Positions 40,041 through 53,875 of a stretch of 64,000 nucleotides of DNA are shown one piece after another (within the stretch, counting starts at the first letter, position 1; each line of letters begins with the position of its first letter). This stretch comes from Octopus sinensis (taxonomy: Eukaryota): contig NW_021832284.1 in assembly GCF_006345805.1 (NCBI RefSeq), positions 68,738 through 132,737 on the forward strand, in the 5' to 3' direction. A program made the translations under genes and the position numbers. The notes under the pieces were generated by a model. It saw only the letters and a list, made by a program, of their open reading frames with translations. It was not told the origin of the DNA and did not search any database.

Positions 40041-40625
40041 CTAGTGTATAAAATAAATATGAGCGTTATTCGACAGCGTTCTATATATTTATAAGTTTAT
40101 AACGATAAAAAAACGGTAAATAGAACGAAAGTTCTATTTACCGTTGTACTTATTGTTTATCTCTGTATATATTTAATTTCTTTCTCTTCATCTCTCTGAG
40201 TAAGAAAAATTATTGGATTTGTTTTTTAAATAATAAATTGCTATAACATCGAAAGTTAAAGCATAAAATTTTATCCAAAATTATCTACCGACAAACCAGC
40301 AAAAATCCGGATTTCGCAATGTTACCAACATTGCTCGGACATTTCCACAGCTATTGATACTCTTCCGTCGCTTTTAGCCCTATACAACTCTAGGAGGAGA
40401 GCCTCCTCAAGAAGGAATTCTGCAGTTTTGTGGCTTATACGTTATGCCCAAGTTAAGGAATATATGCAGAATGCTATTATGAAGTCATACATCTTTTGTG
40501 GCTAATAACGATTATGCTTACATATATGTATATGTGTATGCGTACATCTGTGTTTCGGTATATGTGGGTGTATGTGAGTGTGCATATGTGTGTGTGCTCT
40601 CTATTTGTGCGTGCGAGCGCGTGTA

Positions 40626-40669
<44 letters not shown>

Positions 40670-41084
40670 TTGATAGAAAGAAAGAAAAAACAAAGAAAGA
40701 TCCACAGACAGACTGCCAGACTGATAGATAAATACAAAGGGAAACACACAAACGGACAGACAGACAACCAAACAGACAGATAGACAGACAGACAAACAAA
40801 GAGACAGCCAGATAGATAGATAGATAGATTAGATAGATAGATAGATGGATAGATAGATAGATTAGATAGATAGATAGCAAGATAGATAGATAGATAGATA
40901 TATAGATAGATAGATAGATATAGATAGATAGATAGACAGATACATAAATAGATAGATAGATAGACAGATAGATAGATAGATACATAGATAGATAGATAGA
41001 TGGATGGATAGATAGACAGATAGATAGATAGATAGATAGATGGATGGATAGATAGACAGATACATAAATAGATAGATAGATAAC

Positions 41085-41377
41085 TTTCTCAATTGGTCAC
41101 ACAGGGGTGGACACAGAGGGGACAATACAAATGTAGAGCTTTTCTTTTCGGAGATGGAAAAGGAAAAAGAAAAAATAGGAAACAAATGTAAAATTTCGAT
41201 GAAAAGGGATCGTGTATCACAGAAGAAAAAAATTCTTTTATCAATTTTTCAAAGTAACAGACAAGATTAGGTTCATCAGTGGAAAGAAAAGTTTACAGAA
41301 AAGACCACGGTAACCTCAGGCAGGGAGTAAATAAACACATGAATGCAATGTACTCTCTCTTTCTCTCTCTCACTCTC

Positions 41378-41443
<66 letters not shown>

Positions 41444-41810
41444 ACGATTTACAGGATCATGCTCAATGTGGTTTCGTCTTTCGCACGCACCATCTTTGCT
41501 ACATTCACCCACCTTTTTGAAACTTTCACGAAACAAATCTTGCCTCCTCATTCTCACCTTCCTTTTGAAGTGGTACTTGAAAAAGATGATGAGCGATTGG
41601 CCAGAGAGATAAGTATTTCTCTCTAATCTTTTCGCTTAAGTCCAGCACACACATTCTTTCGCCATAGCCACAAGTACGATGAAAACTGCCTTGCTTTCCT
41701 GGTTGAGGGAATGGAGCCGTGCAACACTCACAACAGTCTCGGCCGACAGGCGGACATGACCCACACATGACAGCAGCCGTTAGGCATAAACCCGCATGTC
41801 CGAAATGGTC
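41085..41810 (-). mobile_element. Shorter duplicate of the Tx1/L1 fragment at 43780-45330
   Basis: Near-identical to 43780-44520. Confidence 0.85.
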
Positions 41811-41948
41811 CCCAAAACTAAGCATGGTACATTCATACACCTTGCTTTTCATTAAAGCAAATTCCTTTCTATGAATGTATAACATTCCAAGCTCCTTTAA
41901 TATATTTATAAAAGGACACCTTAGGATTATTTTTAGTGTTATACTTAC

Positions 41949-42059
41949 ACGAACGACAGTATCGTCCCATATAACCACGTCGGCATTTACAGATGAATCT
42001 ACGTCCTCTCCTGATACATGCGCCACCGTTCTTACAAGGTTTCTTATAGCATAGATTGA
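41949..42059 (-). CDS. EGF exon 4 (FNLCYKKPCKNGGACIRRGRRFICKCRRGYMGRYCRS)
   Basis: Near-identical to EGF exon 2, 111 nt, phase 1-1. Confidence 0.88.
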
Positions 42060-42746
42060 CTTGTATATAAAAGACTTAAAATTACAATTTCACAATCTTG
42101 TGTATAATGGAGGAATTCCATTTTACAAACTTCCTGTCTAGTGCTTTTAATTACTTTCTTTAAATAAAAAATATTAACTACGTGTTTCAAAACAATTTGT
42201 AAATATTCAAAGTCTTTTTCTTAAGCAAAAGCGTCACTCCTTGTTTTTTAGTGCGTACTGCAAACAGAAAATTGGACAAAAAAAATCTGTCCTGAGGCTG
42301 GGAGCCGAGATTCATAAATTTTCAAACATTTTTTTCCTATGAAAAGTTCCCCAAATCATCATTTGAAAGAGTGTAAGGAAGAAAAACTGAAGATTAACCG
42401 TCACAATTGAGAAAATTCAACCTGTTTCGGTGTACTATTCTGAAAGTCCGCCAAGTCACTCAATTGCTAAAATTACCCGGCAACGACGGAAAATTCAGTT
42501 AATGCGAGTATGTGTATATATACGTGTATATTAGAGAGAGGGGCGACAGAGGGATGGGGATTCATTACCTGGATTAACACGCGAAGTTTCTCCCAATATA
42601 TTTTCATTAACCAAGCCATTCAACCAAGCACCTTTCTTAATATGAATTCATGAGAAACCTACCTTGGCTCTTAAATATACTTGTAAAACAACATCTATGA
42701 TAAATCTATGCCTATAAATTATGGCTATTGGTTATGTTATACTTAC

Positions 42747-42857
42747 ATATATTACAGTATCTTCCAGAGTAACCAGGTCTGCATTTACAGGTGAAACTAC
42801 GTCCTTTCCTGATACACAAACCACCGCTCTTACATGGTCTCCTATGGCATGGATTGA
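42747..42857 (-). CDS. EGF exon 3 (FNPCHRRPCKSGGLCIRKGRSFTCKCRPGYSGRYCNI)
   Basis: EGF Cys pattern, 111 nt, phase 1-1. Confidence 0.88.
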
Positions 42858-43437
42858 CTAGTGTATAAAATAAATATGAGCCTTATTCGACAGTGTTCTA
42901 TTTATTTATAAGGGTATAACGATAGAATATCCTTTAACGAAAGTTCTATTTACCGTTGTACTTATTGTTTATCTCTGTATATATTTATTTTCTTTCTCTT
43001 CATCTCTCTGAGTAAGAAAAATTATTGGATTTGTTTTTTAAATAATAATTTGCTATAACATCGAAAAGTAAAGCATAAATTTTATCCAAAATTATCTACT
43101 GAGAAACCATCAAAAATCGGGATTTCGCAATTTTACCAACGTTGCAGGGACGTTTCCACAGCTATTGATACTCTTTCGTCGCTTTTAGCCCTATACAACT
43201 CTAGGAGGAGAAGCCTCCTCAAGAAGGGATTCTGCAGTTTTGTGGCTTATACGTTATGCCCATGTTGAGTAATATATGCAGAATGCTATTATGAAGCCAT
43301 ACAGCTTTCGTGGGTAATAACGATTATGCTTACATATATGTATATGTATATGCGTACATCTGTGTTTCGGTATATGTGGGTGTATGTGAGTGTGCATATG
43401 TGTGTGTGCTCTGTATTTGTGTTTGCGAGAGCGTGTA

Positions 43438-43479
<42 letters not shown>

Positions 43480-43573
43480 ATATATGCGTAGATAGAAAGA
43501 AAGAAAAAACAAAGAAAGATCGACAGACAGACTGCCAGACTGATAGATAAATACAAAGGGAAACACACAAACG

Positions 43574-43621
<48 letters not shown>

Positions 43622-43680
43622 AAGAGACAGACAAATAGATAGATAGACAGATACATAAATAGATAGATAGATAGATAGAG

Positions 43681-43778
<98 letters not shown>

Positions 43779-43779
43779 T

Positions 43780-44083
43780 TTGATAACTTTCTTTATTGGA
43801 AACACATGGTTTGGACACAGAGTGGACAATACAAATGCAGAGCTTTTCTTTTCGGAGATGGAAAAGGAAAAAGAAAAAGAAGGAAACAAATGTAAAATTT
43901 TGATCAAAAGGGATCGGGAAAAAAAAGCGATCAAATGGGATCGCGTATCACAGAAGGAAAAAAAAATTTTATCAATTTTCTCAAAGTAACAAACAAGATT
44001 AGGTTCATCAGTGGAAAGAAAAGTTTACAGAAAAGACCACGGTAACCTCAGGCAGGGAGTAAATAAACACATGAATGCAATGT

Positions 44084-44156
<73 letters not shown>

Positions 44157-45330
44157 TACGATTTACAGGATCATGCTCAATGTGGTTTCGTCTTTCGCAC
44201 GCACCATCTTTGTTACATTCACCCACCTTTTTGAAACTTTCACGAAACAAATCTTGCCTCCTCATTCTCATCTTCCTTTTAAAGTGGTACTTGAAAGAGT
44301 TGATGAGGGATTGGCCAGAGAGATAAGTATTTCTCTCTAATCTTTGCGCTTGAGTCCACCACACACATTCTTTCGCCATAGCCACAAGTACGATGAAAAC
44401 TGCCTTGCTTTCCTGGTTGAGGGAAGGGAGCGGTGCAATATTCGAAACAGTCTCGGCCGACAGGCGGACTTGTCCCACACATGACAGCAGCCGTTCGGCA
44501 TAATCCCACAGGTCCGAAATGGATGGACACTGCACGAATGCGTGCAGAACGGTTTCGTCGCTCCGGTCGCATCTCGAGCAAGTAGGTCCAGTGTGTTTCG
44601 AACCGTGCCTGTAGAGCTTATCCTGAACAGGTACTGCTTCTCGATAGCACTACCAGGCCAAGGATCTTTGGTGATTGTCCATAGGTCCAGGTCCGAATGT
44701 TGTCCTGAACAGGCGGGTCAGGTGTCTCTCGTCGACGCCGAGATTCTGCCCGAGAATGTCGTCGCACCTCCCCTCCACCAATCCTCTATAACACGTCTTT
44801 GTTCTAATGAAGTCGAACAAATTTGATCCCGGACGGCAGAGTTACTGAAGAGCAACCTGACACTCGCGGTGCCATTCGCCTAGCCTCGGTCTCTGTTTGA
44901 TCCACGATTGTAGTTCGGCCAAGGAGACGAGCTGCGGAAACGCGTGTCGCACAAATGGCATCCATACCTGTTCACCGTCGTCTATGAAGTGCCAGAGACG
45001 TCGAGGTCTCAGCGCATGTCTGCGCATCATCAACCACGGCATGCCTAGCCCTCCATTTAGCGGGTGATGACAGCAAATGGATCGCCTAACCATCGGAACG
45101 CTTCCCTTCCACATGAAGCGGAAGAGTATGCGTTCCAGTTTCGTAATGGTAGGGTCGGGACAAGGCACGACGGTCAGACGGTACTCGATGACGGATGCGA
45201 TGTACGCGTTCGCCAACTCCTCCCGACCTTTTACGGATAGCTTCCTCTCAGATTTTTGCTGGGTGAGAGTGGCCACCCTAGTTGTTATTTCGCCCCAATT
45301 CTTCTCCATTTGGAGGTCCGGACCATACAT
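43780..45330 (-). mobile_element. Tx1/L1-clade LINE ORF2 3' fragment
   Basis: LSVKGR...LFRFMWKG...GGLGMP motifs (ORF 44842..45396), zinc-finger region, and 3' UTR ending at (GATA)n. Confidence 0.88.
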
Positions 45331-45499
45331 AGCGAGGAAAATTACGTTTTGAAATAAAGTCCAATTAATCCCCAAAACTAAGCAATGTACATTCATACAC
45401 CTTGCTTTTCATTAAATCAAATTCCTTTCTATGAATGTATAACTCCTTTAATATATTTATAAAAGGACACCTTAGGATTATTTTTAGTGTTATACTTAC

Positions 45500-45610
45500 A
45501 CGAACGACAGTATCGTCCAATATAACCACGTCGGCATTTACAGATGAATCTACGTCCTCTCCTGATACATGCGCCACCGTTCTTACAAGGTTTCTTATAG
45601 CATGGATTCA
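45500..45610 (-). CDS. EGF exon 2 (LNPCYKKPCKNGGACIRRGRRFICKCRRGYIGRYCRS)
   Basis: EGF Cys pattern, 111 nt, phase 1-1. Overlaps ORF 45429..45611. Confidence 0.9.
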
Positions 45611-46310
45611 CTTGTATATAAAAGAATTAAAATTAGAATTTCACAATCTTGTGTATATTTACAATGAAGTAATGGAGGAATTCCATTTTACAAATTTCCT
45701 GTCTAGTGCTTTTAATTATTTTCTTTAAAAAAAAAATGTGAGCTTCGGGTTTCAAAACAATTTGTAAATTTTCAAAATTTTTTTCTTAAACAAAAGCGTC
45801 ACTCTTTGTTTTTAATTGCGGACTGCAAAAAGAAAATTGGACAAAAAAGTCTGTCCTGAGGCTGGGAGCCGAGATTCATAAATTTTCAAACATTTTCTTC
45901 CAATAAAAATTTCCCCAAATCATCATTTGAAAGGGTGTAAGGAAGAAAACTGAAGAATAACCATCGCAATTAAGAAAATCCAACCTGTTTCGGTGTACTA
46001 TTCTGAAAGTCCGCCAAGTCACTCAATTGCGAAAATTACCCGGCAACGACGGAAAATTCAGTTAATGCGAGTATGTGTATATATACATCTATATTAGAGA
46101 GGGGGTTGACAGAGGGATGGGGGTTCAGGACGTCGAATAACACACAAAGTTTCTACCAAGATATTTCCATTAAACGAGCCATTCAACCTATCACCTTTCT
46201 TAATATGTATTCATGAGAAACCTGTCTTGGCTCTTTAAATATACTTGTAAAACAAAATCTATGATAAATCTATGCCTATAAATTATGGCTACTTGTTATG
46301 TTATACTTAC

Positions 46311-46421
46311 ATATATTACAGCATTTTCCAGAGTAACCAGGTCTGCATTTACAGGTAAATCTATGTCCTTTCCTGATACATGTGCCGCCATTCTTACATG
46401 GTCTCCTATAGCATGGATTGA
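46311..46421 (-). CDS. EGF exon 1 ([37 protein letters not shown])
   Basis: EGF Cys pattern plus one extra Cys, 111 nt, phase 1-1, ag/gtaagt. Confidence 0.9.
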
Positions 46422-46602
46422 CTAGTGTATAAAATAAATATGAGCCTTATTCCACAGTGTTCTATATATTTATAAGGGTATAACGATAGAATATCCTTTA
46501 ACGAAAGTTCTATTTACCGTTGTACTTATTGTCTATCTCTGTATATATTTATTTTCTTTGTCATCATCTCTCTGTGTAAGAAATATGATTGGATTTTTTT
46601 TT

Positions 46603-46900
46603 AACAAAGAGCTGTTCTTCACTCCTGCTCCAGAGCGTAGGCTGCTGGGTCACTCTGAAAAGCTCTATCTGCGACGATTTCATCTCAATCGAACGAGAAG
46701 GGCTTTCTCCGTCCGAGTTGCGTATCCGTGGAATAAGCTGCCGGACGAGATAGTGAAGCTGCCGACGACCGCTCGGTTCAAAGCCTCTCTTGATCAGAAA
46801 TGGCCTGAACTCTTTGCATGAACACCACCCTGTACATAACTCCATGTCCCCCTACATGGCCTTCCTTTTTGCTTTTTGAGCCAAAAACTTAGCTTAACTT
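46603..46900 (+). mobile_element. CR1-type LINE 3' end
   Basis: GHSEKL...FSVRVAYPWNKLP...FKASLD. Absent from the paralogous repeat units. Confidence 0.8.
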
Positions 46901-47740
46901 TTAAATAATAATTTGCTATAACAATGAAAAGTAAAGCATAAAATTTTATCCAAAATTAGCCACCGAGAAAATTTTTGTGTCGAGGAGTGCTATTTACGGA
47001 ACCATCATTGTCATGAATTAGAAGAATTGGGGAACTCGCAAAAGTGATAGATATTCTTCAAGCAAAGTACAAAAAGGATTAGCTATACATTGTAAGATGC
47101 GAGATCTGGTACTTTGCAGTTTATGCACCCAGTCACACTTCGCGATTCGAATGATGGTCTTTTCAAAGTTGCGATACTGAGTAAGGGCCTCCCAGTTTGC
47201 AAGAATGGGTAAATATCTTCAAGCGTTTTATGCCGGGTTATTTTCGTGTAATATCTAACACACTTATGAAGGAATCATTCGAAAGACTTGGAGTGTGAAT
47301 TTGGTTCCGTGGAAATTTAAAACGAAGTTCCTATGAGGACAGATTTACTCACCCTTTTAGTTGTTTCTGATGTTGCCTTAAATATTGGGTGTTTGGCATG
47401 TAATTTTGAATGTAGCAATTTCAATAAGTGTAATTAATTATAACCTGCTAGTTTCATTAAGAATCCTGTTAATTTCATATTAATGTGTAACTATTTAGCC
47501 GATTAAAACCTTGTAATAATTACAATCAGGCTTTTAAAAATATAATCGATATTAAAAATGTGGAGGTGCAATGGCCCAGTGGTTAGGGCAGCGGATCGTG
47601 GTCGGAGGATCGCGGTTTCGATTCCCAGACCGGGCGTTGTGTGTGTTTATTGAGCGAAAGCACCTAAAAAGCTCCACGATGCTCCGGCAGGGGGTGGTGG
47701 CGACTCCTGTTGTACTCTTTCGCCACACAAAAAAAAAATA

Positions 47741-47970
47741 AGGCGGCGAGCTGGCAGAAACGTTAGCAGACCGGACGAAATTCTTCGCGGTATTGCGTCT
47801 GTCGTTGCGTTCTGAGTTCAAATTCCGCCGAGGTCGACTTTGTCTTTCATCCTTTCGGGGTCGATAAATTAAGTACCAGTTACGCACTGGGGTCGATGTA
47901 ATCGACTTAATCCATTTGTCTGTCCTTGTTTGTCCCCTCTATGTTTAGCCCCTTGTGGGCAATAAAGAAA
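47741..47970 (+). mobile_element. SINE family B
   Basis: ggcggcgagctggcagaaacgttagc... full unit. Confidence 0.9.
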
Positions 47971-48002
47971 GAGATATCAAAAATGAATAAACCATAACTA
48001 AC

Positions 48003-48126
48003 CAATTTCGTAAACACTGTTTGCCAAGAATCCGCCACACGTCTGCCCTGACTTGCATTTCATATTACAATTATGGGCTCCACCATATTTGGAATACCTT
48101 CCGCTACAAAAACATTGTTTTCCATA
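48003..48126 (-). CDS. Exon 4, WSC domain C-half (YGKQCFCSG...CNMKC...[10 protein letters not shown])
   Basis: QCFC, CNMKC and CGG...NSVY WSC motifs, tttcag/gttagt sites, phase 0-1. Confidence 0.9.
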
Positions 48127-48207
48127 CTGAAAGCATAAATAAAATAGATAATTATATCAAAATAAATTCTGATCTGTTAATTAGATAGTTATTGAAACTG
48201 AAAAACT

Positions 48208-48253
<46 letters not shown>

Positions 48254-48277
48254 ATGTATATATATATATGTATGTAG

Positions 48278-48308
<31 letters not shown>

Positions 48309-48592
48309 TGTATATATGTATATATAGTCACAATGAGAGTATTCAAAACTCTTATAGGGATATTTATCCAAGATACACAGGTTTAATATATTAAATTTTG
48401 ATGAGACAATCCTTCAATGAATATATTACATGAATATATTATATAGAATATGATAAGATATCAGTTATTTTTATTGAGAGAGATGTAATGGACACAAATT
48501 AATTTATTAATATGCTGATTAATTAATAAATTAATTTGTATCCATTACATCTCTGTTTTCTAACTCAATAAAGATGTATTTATATACATATA

Positions 48593-48633
<41 letters not shown>

Positions 48634-49440
48634 GGCATGATTGAACGCTAATTCCACAAGTTTTTTTATATTCTCTCTCTGTTTATTTCCTCATGAACCA
48701 TTCTGTTGAAGAGCATAGGCTCGAAACATAAAAGACCTTCTCGTCTTCTCGATCCTCAAACTAATACACCTGCTTGTTGTTTATATATCTATCTTCTTTT
48801 GTTTTCCTGTAAATTTCAACTATGTGTGTGTGTTTGTATGTGTGTGTGCGTGCATGTGTGTGTGTGTGTCTGTGTTTGTGTAAATTTTTTTTATTGAAGA
48901 TGAAAAACTTCACAAGCTGTTGCTTGGAGTTTCTCGTAATTACTCATCGGACTTCTGCCTGATGGTCAGTGAAGTGAAACGTTGAGCCAAAATTTGTGGA
49001 ATTTTCAGCTCAAGGAAACAGAATTTTTACTCTAGCTTTTGGTAGTCTAGTACTATTTTTTCAACCCTATTTCATACAAGTGTGCTCATAAGTGTGTAGT
49101 GGTCAGTCAGTCAGTCAGAAAGGTGTTTACGTACATCACGGAGAGATGTAAGTTGAATTCAATTGGATTTTGAAAAGACGTAACTAAATGCGATAAGCTA
49201 TCTTGCCAGCACTTTACCACTCTGCCTTCTCAGTTAGTTTTCGATCAATTTTAATATAAATTAGCGGGACCCGTGAATCTTTCATGGAATTTATAGTAAA
49301 CCTATTGGGTTATTCTTGAAAACTTTATCCAAAAAGCCTGAAAGCGTAACCTCTGTTGTGTCTGTATCAAAATCCGTTCATCTGCTCTTTATTGAAAAAT
49401 GAAGGAAATTGGAATACGATGATTACTAAATGGACTTTAG

Positions 49441-49531
<91 letters not shown>

Positions 49532-50470
49532 CTTTGTGCACAATTTTATTGACTTAATACACAGTACTCATGAAATAAATATTCACTCATATTTTTTCCG
49601 TTTTTCCCATAAACAGAAAAACTTACATTTTAAAATTTACATTGTCATAATTTCATATCTAGAAAGCGAAAGTTTTATAGTAAAATAATTATTTTATATG
49701 TAAAATATAGGGGTTACAACTTCACGGGGGTAAAAATTTAATGCAACATGGCATACTCTGAAAACCACATCGTTGGTAACTTATAAGCCAAGGTGATGGC
49801 TCAGAGCCAATACACATTTTAGTTTGTGTACCCCTATCAACTCGATATTTCTTTGCAGACTATGTTCTTCATGCCAGTTCTCCTTCTTCTTTTCCCTTGT
49901 TTGTCAGTGTTGAAAACTTTAACTCTTACATCAGATAATTTACGAGCTCTTGGAGAATGCAACATATAGTTGACCATGGCTAGAATAGCCCCACTTTATC
50001 AACAGTCTACTCTCGTAATTTATTGATTGTTAAAGCATATGGCAGGCGAACGGGAAACTACTTTCTTTCTAAAGTGAATGGCAAGTTTCGGAAGCGCATG
50101 CGTTAAGTAATAGGTGATATTAAAAAAAACTTGGTTCAATTAAATAAAAAATATAACTTTTCATCATGCACTTACCATCACCGCCACCACCAACACCACT
50201 ACCACCATCATCTCTCTCTATCTATCTCTCTTTCTTTCTCTCTCTCTCTCTCTCTCTCTCGCCATCACAACATCACCCCTCTGCTAAATTTATATTCCTA
50301 ACTCTCCTCTATATCACTACCTTCAACTAACCTTTTTAACTACGTAATAAATATTGCGTTCCCCTTACTACATATCATGGAGGCTTCTCTCTCCGCTTTT
50401 CCCTTCACTCTTTTTCTTTCTCTCTCTTTCTACCTCACTCTTCGCTTTATCTTCTTTCTCTCTCTCTCTT

Positions 50471-50519
<49 letters not shown>

Positions 50520-51198
50520 TTATTCTTTCTCTTCTTCTGTCTTTCCCTTACATTCCCTCTTCCTCACGTCATGGGCACTTCTCTCTCCCTCTTTTAATCT
50601 CTAATCATGTGAAAGCGTTACCGACGGGTCACGTTACATAATGATAAGCATAATTATTATAAGATTAATAAACAACGTGACCCCGTGCCGTCAAAACTGA
50701 CGGCTAATTATAGTATTTCATATATAAATATGGATGGTAAATCAAATATACTTGTCAATGTAATCTAGTGGTTGTCTTTTGAGATGTGACATCGATCATC
50801 ATTTGTTTCTGAAAGAACGCTGGTTCACACAAACATTCACATACGTCCCTTGTACACGCACACACATACACACATATATATTCACAGAGTTGAAACGCTG
50901 TTTGATTTTTCCTTTCGGAGTTGAATGTTCATCATCCCACTTTTATTGCATACACACACACATACTCACACAAACACACACACACACACACATACTCACA
51001 CAAACATATACACACACACATACTCACACAAACACATACACACACACATTCACATGCCCCCCCCCCTTTATCTACACACACATGTACTCACACAGAATTG
51101 AAACGATCTCACTATCAGTTTGCCATCACCCCTTCCTTTCTCATTCATATATTGTGACGGAGAAAAACACGAGAATATTATAACAAATAGATGTTTAC

Positions 51199-51326
51199 CT
51201 GTAATCCAGCGTATCTGTCTTTCTTCCAACTGCAAATTTTTAAGCATTCCTCAATAGAATGTACTGCTCCAGAACCCCAGTGCATGACTCGAGGAAAAAA
51301 GAAATCCCTAAAACAACCAATATATT
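51199..51326 (-). CDS. Exon 3, WSC domain N-half (KYIGCFRD...EECLKICSWKKDRYAGLQ)
   Basis: YIGCF-D and C-x3-C...YAGLQ WSC motifs, tttcag/gtaaac sites, phase 1-0. Confidence 0.88.
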
Positions 51327-51614
51327 CTGAAATAAAGAAATAACGAACAGTTTTAACAATATTTTCTAAATAATATCTACTGTATCTCTGTTGCGCTTAT
51401 TGTATTTAACATTTTAAGTATAGAACACAATTGAATATGAAATCCATTATATTTGTATATGTAAATACCTAAATACTGTACCTTTACAAGAAGAGTAGTA
51501 CATACATACATTCATACATACATACATACATACATACATACATCATACATACATACATACATACATACATACATACATAATACATACATACATACATACA
51601 TACATACATACATT

Positions 51615-52497
51615 TCTAAAAAGGATTACAGCCGATTAAAGAAAATTTGGACCTCAGAACTCTCTCCATTCAATAAAACAGTGGCTCACAATGTGCTTGC
51701 AGTGCCAGCACTCTTACCAACATTTGAGGTGCTTCATTGACAGCTTGGTGAGACCCGAGCTATTTATGTGAAAACTCGAAAAATACTAACCGGCACACAT
51801 AATTTCCACATAAAGAGTGATGTAAACTGCTTCTGCCTAAAACGAAAACAAGGTGGCAGAGGTTTAAAATCGATCCAAAATGTCGCAACATTTTTTAACC
51901 ACCAAGCATCGAAGTGCATCCTTTGACCAAGTTTGCATACATGGGGCTGATAACATTATAAGACGTGGAAAGCAGCTCTTTGAGCAACACTCTTTGTCTG
52001 ATAATATACCCAAAGAAGTCGCACGACTCTACAGCAACATATCATCAGATGAAATGATGAGCCTATATCAGCAAAAGACTATGCATGGATATGTTACTAG
52101 AAATCTCCGTGATGATAGTAACATCGATCAGTTTATTATGGACGTGTAGCCGGATTACTACTTCCCAGGATGTACAAAAGGGATAGAGATGCAGGAAAAG
52201 CCGTAAAATGTGACAACCGATGCAGCCTTTGTGGAGTTCACACTGAAGATATCACTCTCATCATAAGTAGTTGTCCGTCATATCATCACAGAATTATCTA
52301 CCGATGAGACATGACGCTGTGGCTAGGACACTCAATAATGAAATCCGTCAGAAGGGTTATCCCGAGGACAAAGAAATAAGAACCCACAATATGGTTGAAG
52401 CCATAGCCACTCATAATGAAAAGGAATACTGGTGGAATGTCCCAGTGAAGACCTCAATAAAATGTAAGCACAACAGACCTGATATAAGGATTTAGAA
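51615..52497 (+). mobile_element. Decayed R4-like RLE LINE fragment in (CATA)n
   Basis: GGRGL, MHG, CSLC, RHDAVA and NRPDI motifs. Confidence 0.8.
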
Positions 52498-52544
52498 TTT
52501 CAACATCAACAACAGGGATTTTTTGTATGTATGTACGTACGTAC

Positions 52545-52575
<31 letters not shown>

Positions 52576-52660
52576 TGTATGTATGTATGTATGTATGTAT
52601 GTATTATGTATGTATGTATGTATGTATGTATGTATGTATCGATGCGTGTATGTATGTATG

Positions 52661-52694
<34 letters not shown>

Positions 52695-52777
52695 TGTATG
52701 TATGTATGTATCGATGCGTGTATGTATGTATGTATGTATGTATGTATGTATGTATGTATGTATGTATGCATGTATGT

Positions 52778-53323
52778 CAGGTCACTTTCGAGTGCTACTG
52801 GTAACATGTAACCCAGAACAACCTGTTGCATGGTCGGGTCTTCGGTGACTAAACTGGCAACCCCACCAAGCTTGCTTGGTGAGGAGAGTGTTTTTTGGAC
52901 ACCCCACAGGATGGAAAACAAAACCCGTCAAAGGGCGGAGGAACTCTTGAGAATCGACGGCCATCAAATAGTCTTAAGGCTATATCATGCGCGGGGACAT
53001 AGAAATAATCGGACTGAATACCCGATCGCGCGGTTAAACCATTGGGAGTGAAGGGATTCCCAGCCTTTGTTAGAGCATCCTTCTAGGAGAAGGTAACTCA
53101 GATAACTGGGATAACTCTGACATAAAACCTGCGGCTCAGTGGTTACCGATGATGTTGACTTGTTCTTCTTTTCGGATTATGACTGCCGTTGCTTAGTGAG
53201 TGGGATTGACTCAGTGCACAGCCTTTCCTCACTTTAAAAAAGATCTTGCACAGGCATTGCACGATAACAACATTGATTAAGCTTCGTTCAATGGTCATAC
53301 TCGATAACGAGGGGGCAGCCACC
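52778..53323 (+). repeat. Non-coding interspersed repeat in (TATG)n, possibly a LINE 5' UTR
   Basis: GC-richer island with hairpins and a ctaggagaaggtaactc...aaacc motif of the kind I associate with RTE 5' UTRs. Confidence 0.35.
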
Positions 53324-53356
<33 letters not shown>

Positions 53357-53499
53357 TGTATGTATGTATGTATGTATGTATGTATGTATGAATGAATGTA
53401 TGTATGTATGTATGTATGTATGTATGTATGTATGTATGTATGTATGTATGTGCAGATTTGTATGTTTTATGTATGTATTCTTATGCATATAGTTGCATA

Positions 53500-53840
53500 C
53501 CTGGACATGCTCATATATATTTAAATGATAATCTTCTGGAGAGTTGTACAGATTTTTACAGTTCCAGTAAAGGATTGGATCTGTAGTCTTCGAATTAGCT
53601 TTTTCCTTTCAGAAGCCTTTCTCAAGATCGGCATTTAGGCAGTGTGTTACATATGTCAGGACCTCGATAATTACAGGTATAAACCTGAACTTGTAATCTG
53701 GATAGAGTGACTGCAGATTTCTCGATAGTTCAGCATAGGTATTTTCTTTTTCACTGATCTTTCAGCTTTATGTTTACATCTGCTGGGCAGTTAATTTCTA
53801 CAACTGTGCACAGTTTCTCTTCTTTTCTCTATCTCTTCTG
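53500..53840 (-). mobile_element. R4-like RLE 3' fragment in (CATA)n
   Basis: Minus strand EKLCTVVEI.CPADVNI...FIPVII, the segment expected after NRPDI. Confidence 0.7.
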
Positions 53841-53844
53841 ATAC

Positions 53845-53845
<1 letters not shown>

Positions 53846-53875
<30 letters not shown>

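Noticed and set aside
52850-52915. Possible HDV-like ribozyme in the GC-rich island
   Set aside because: Only a simple hairpin is evident. I could not build the nested double pseudoknot by eye.
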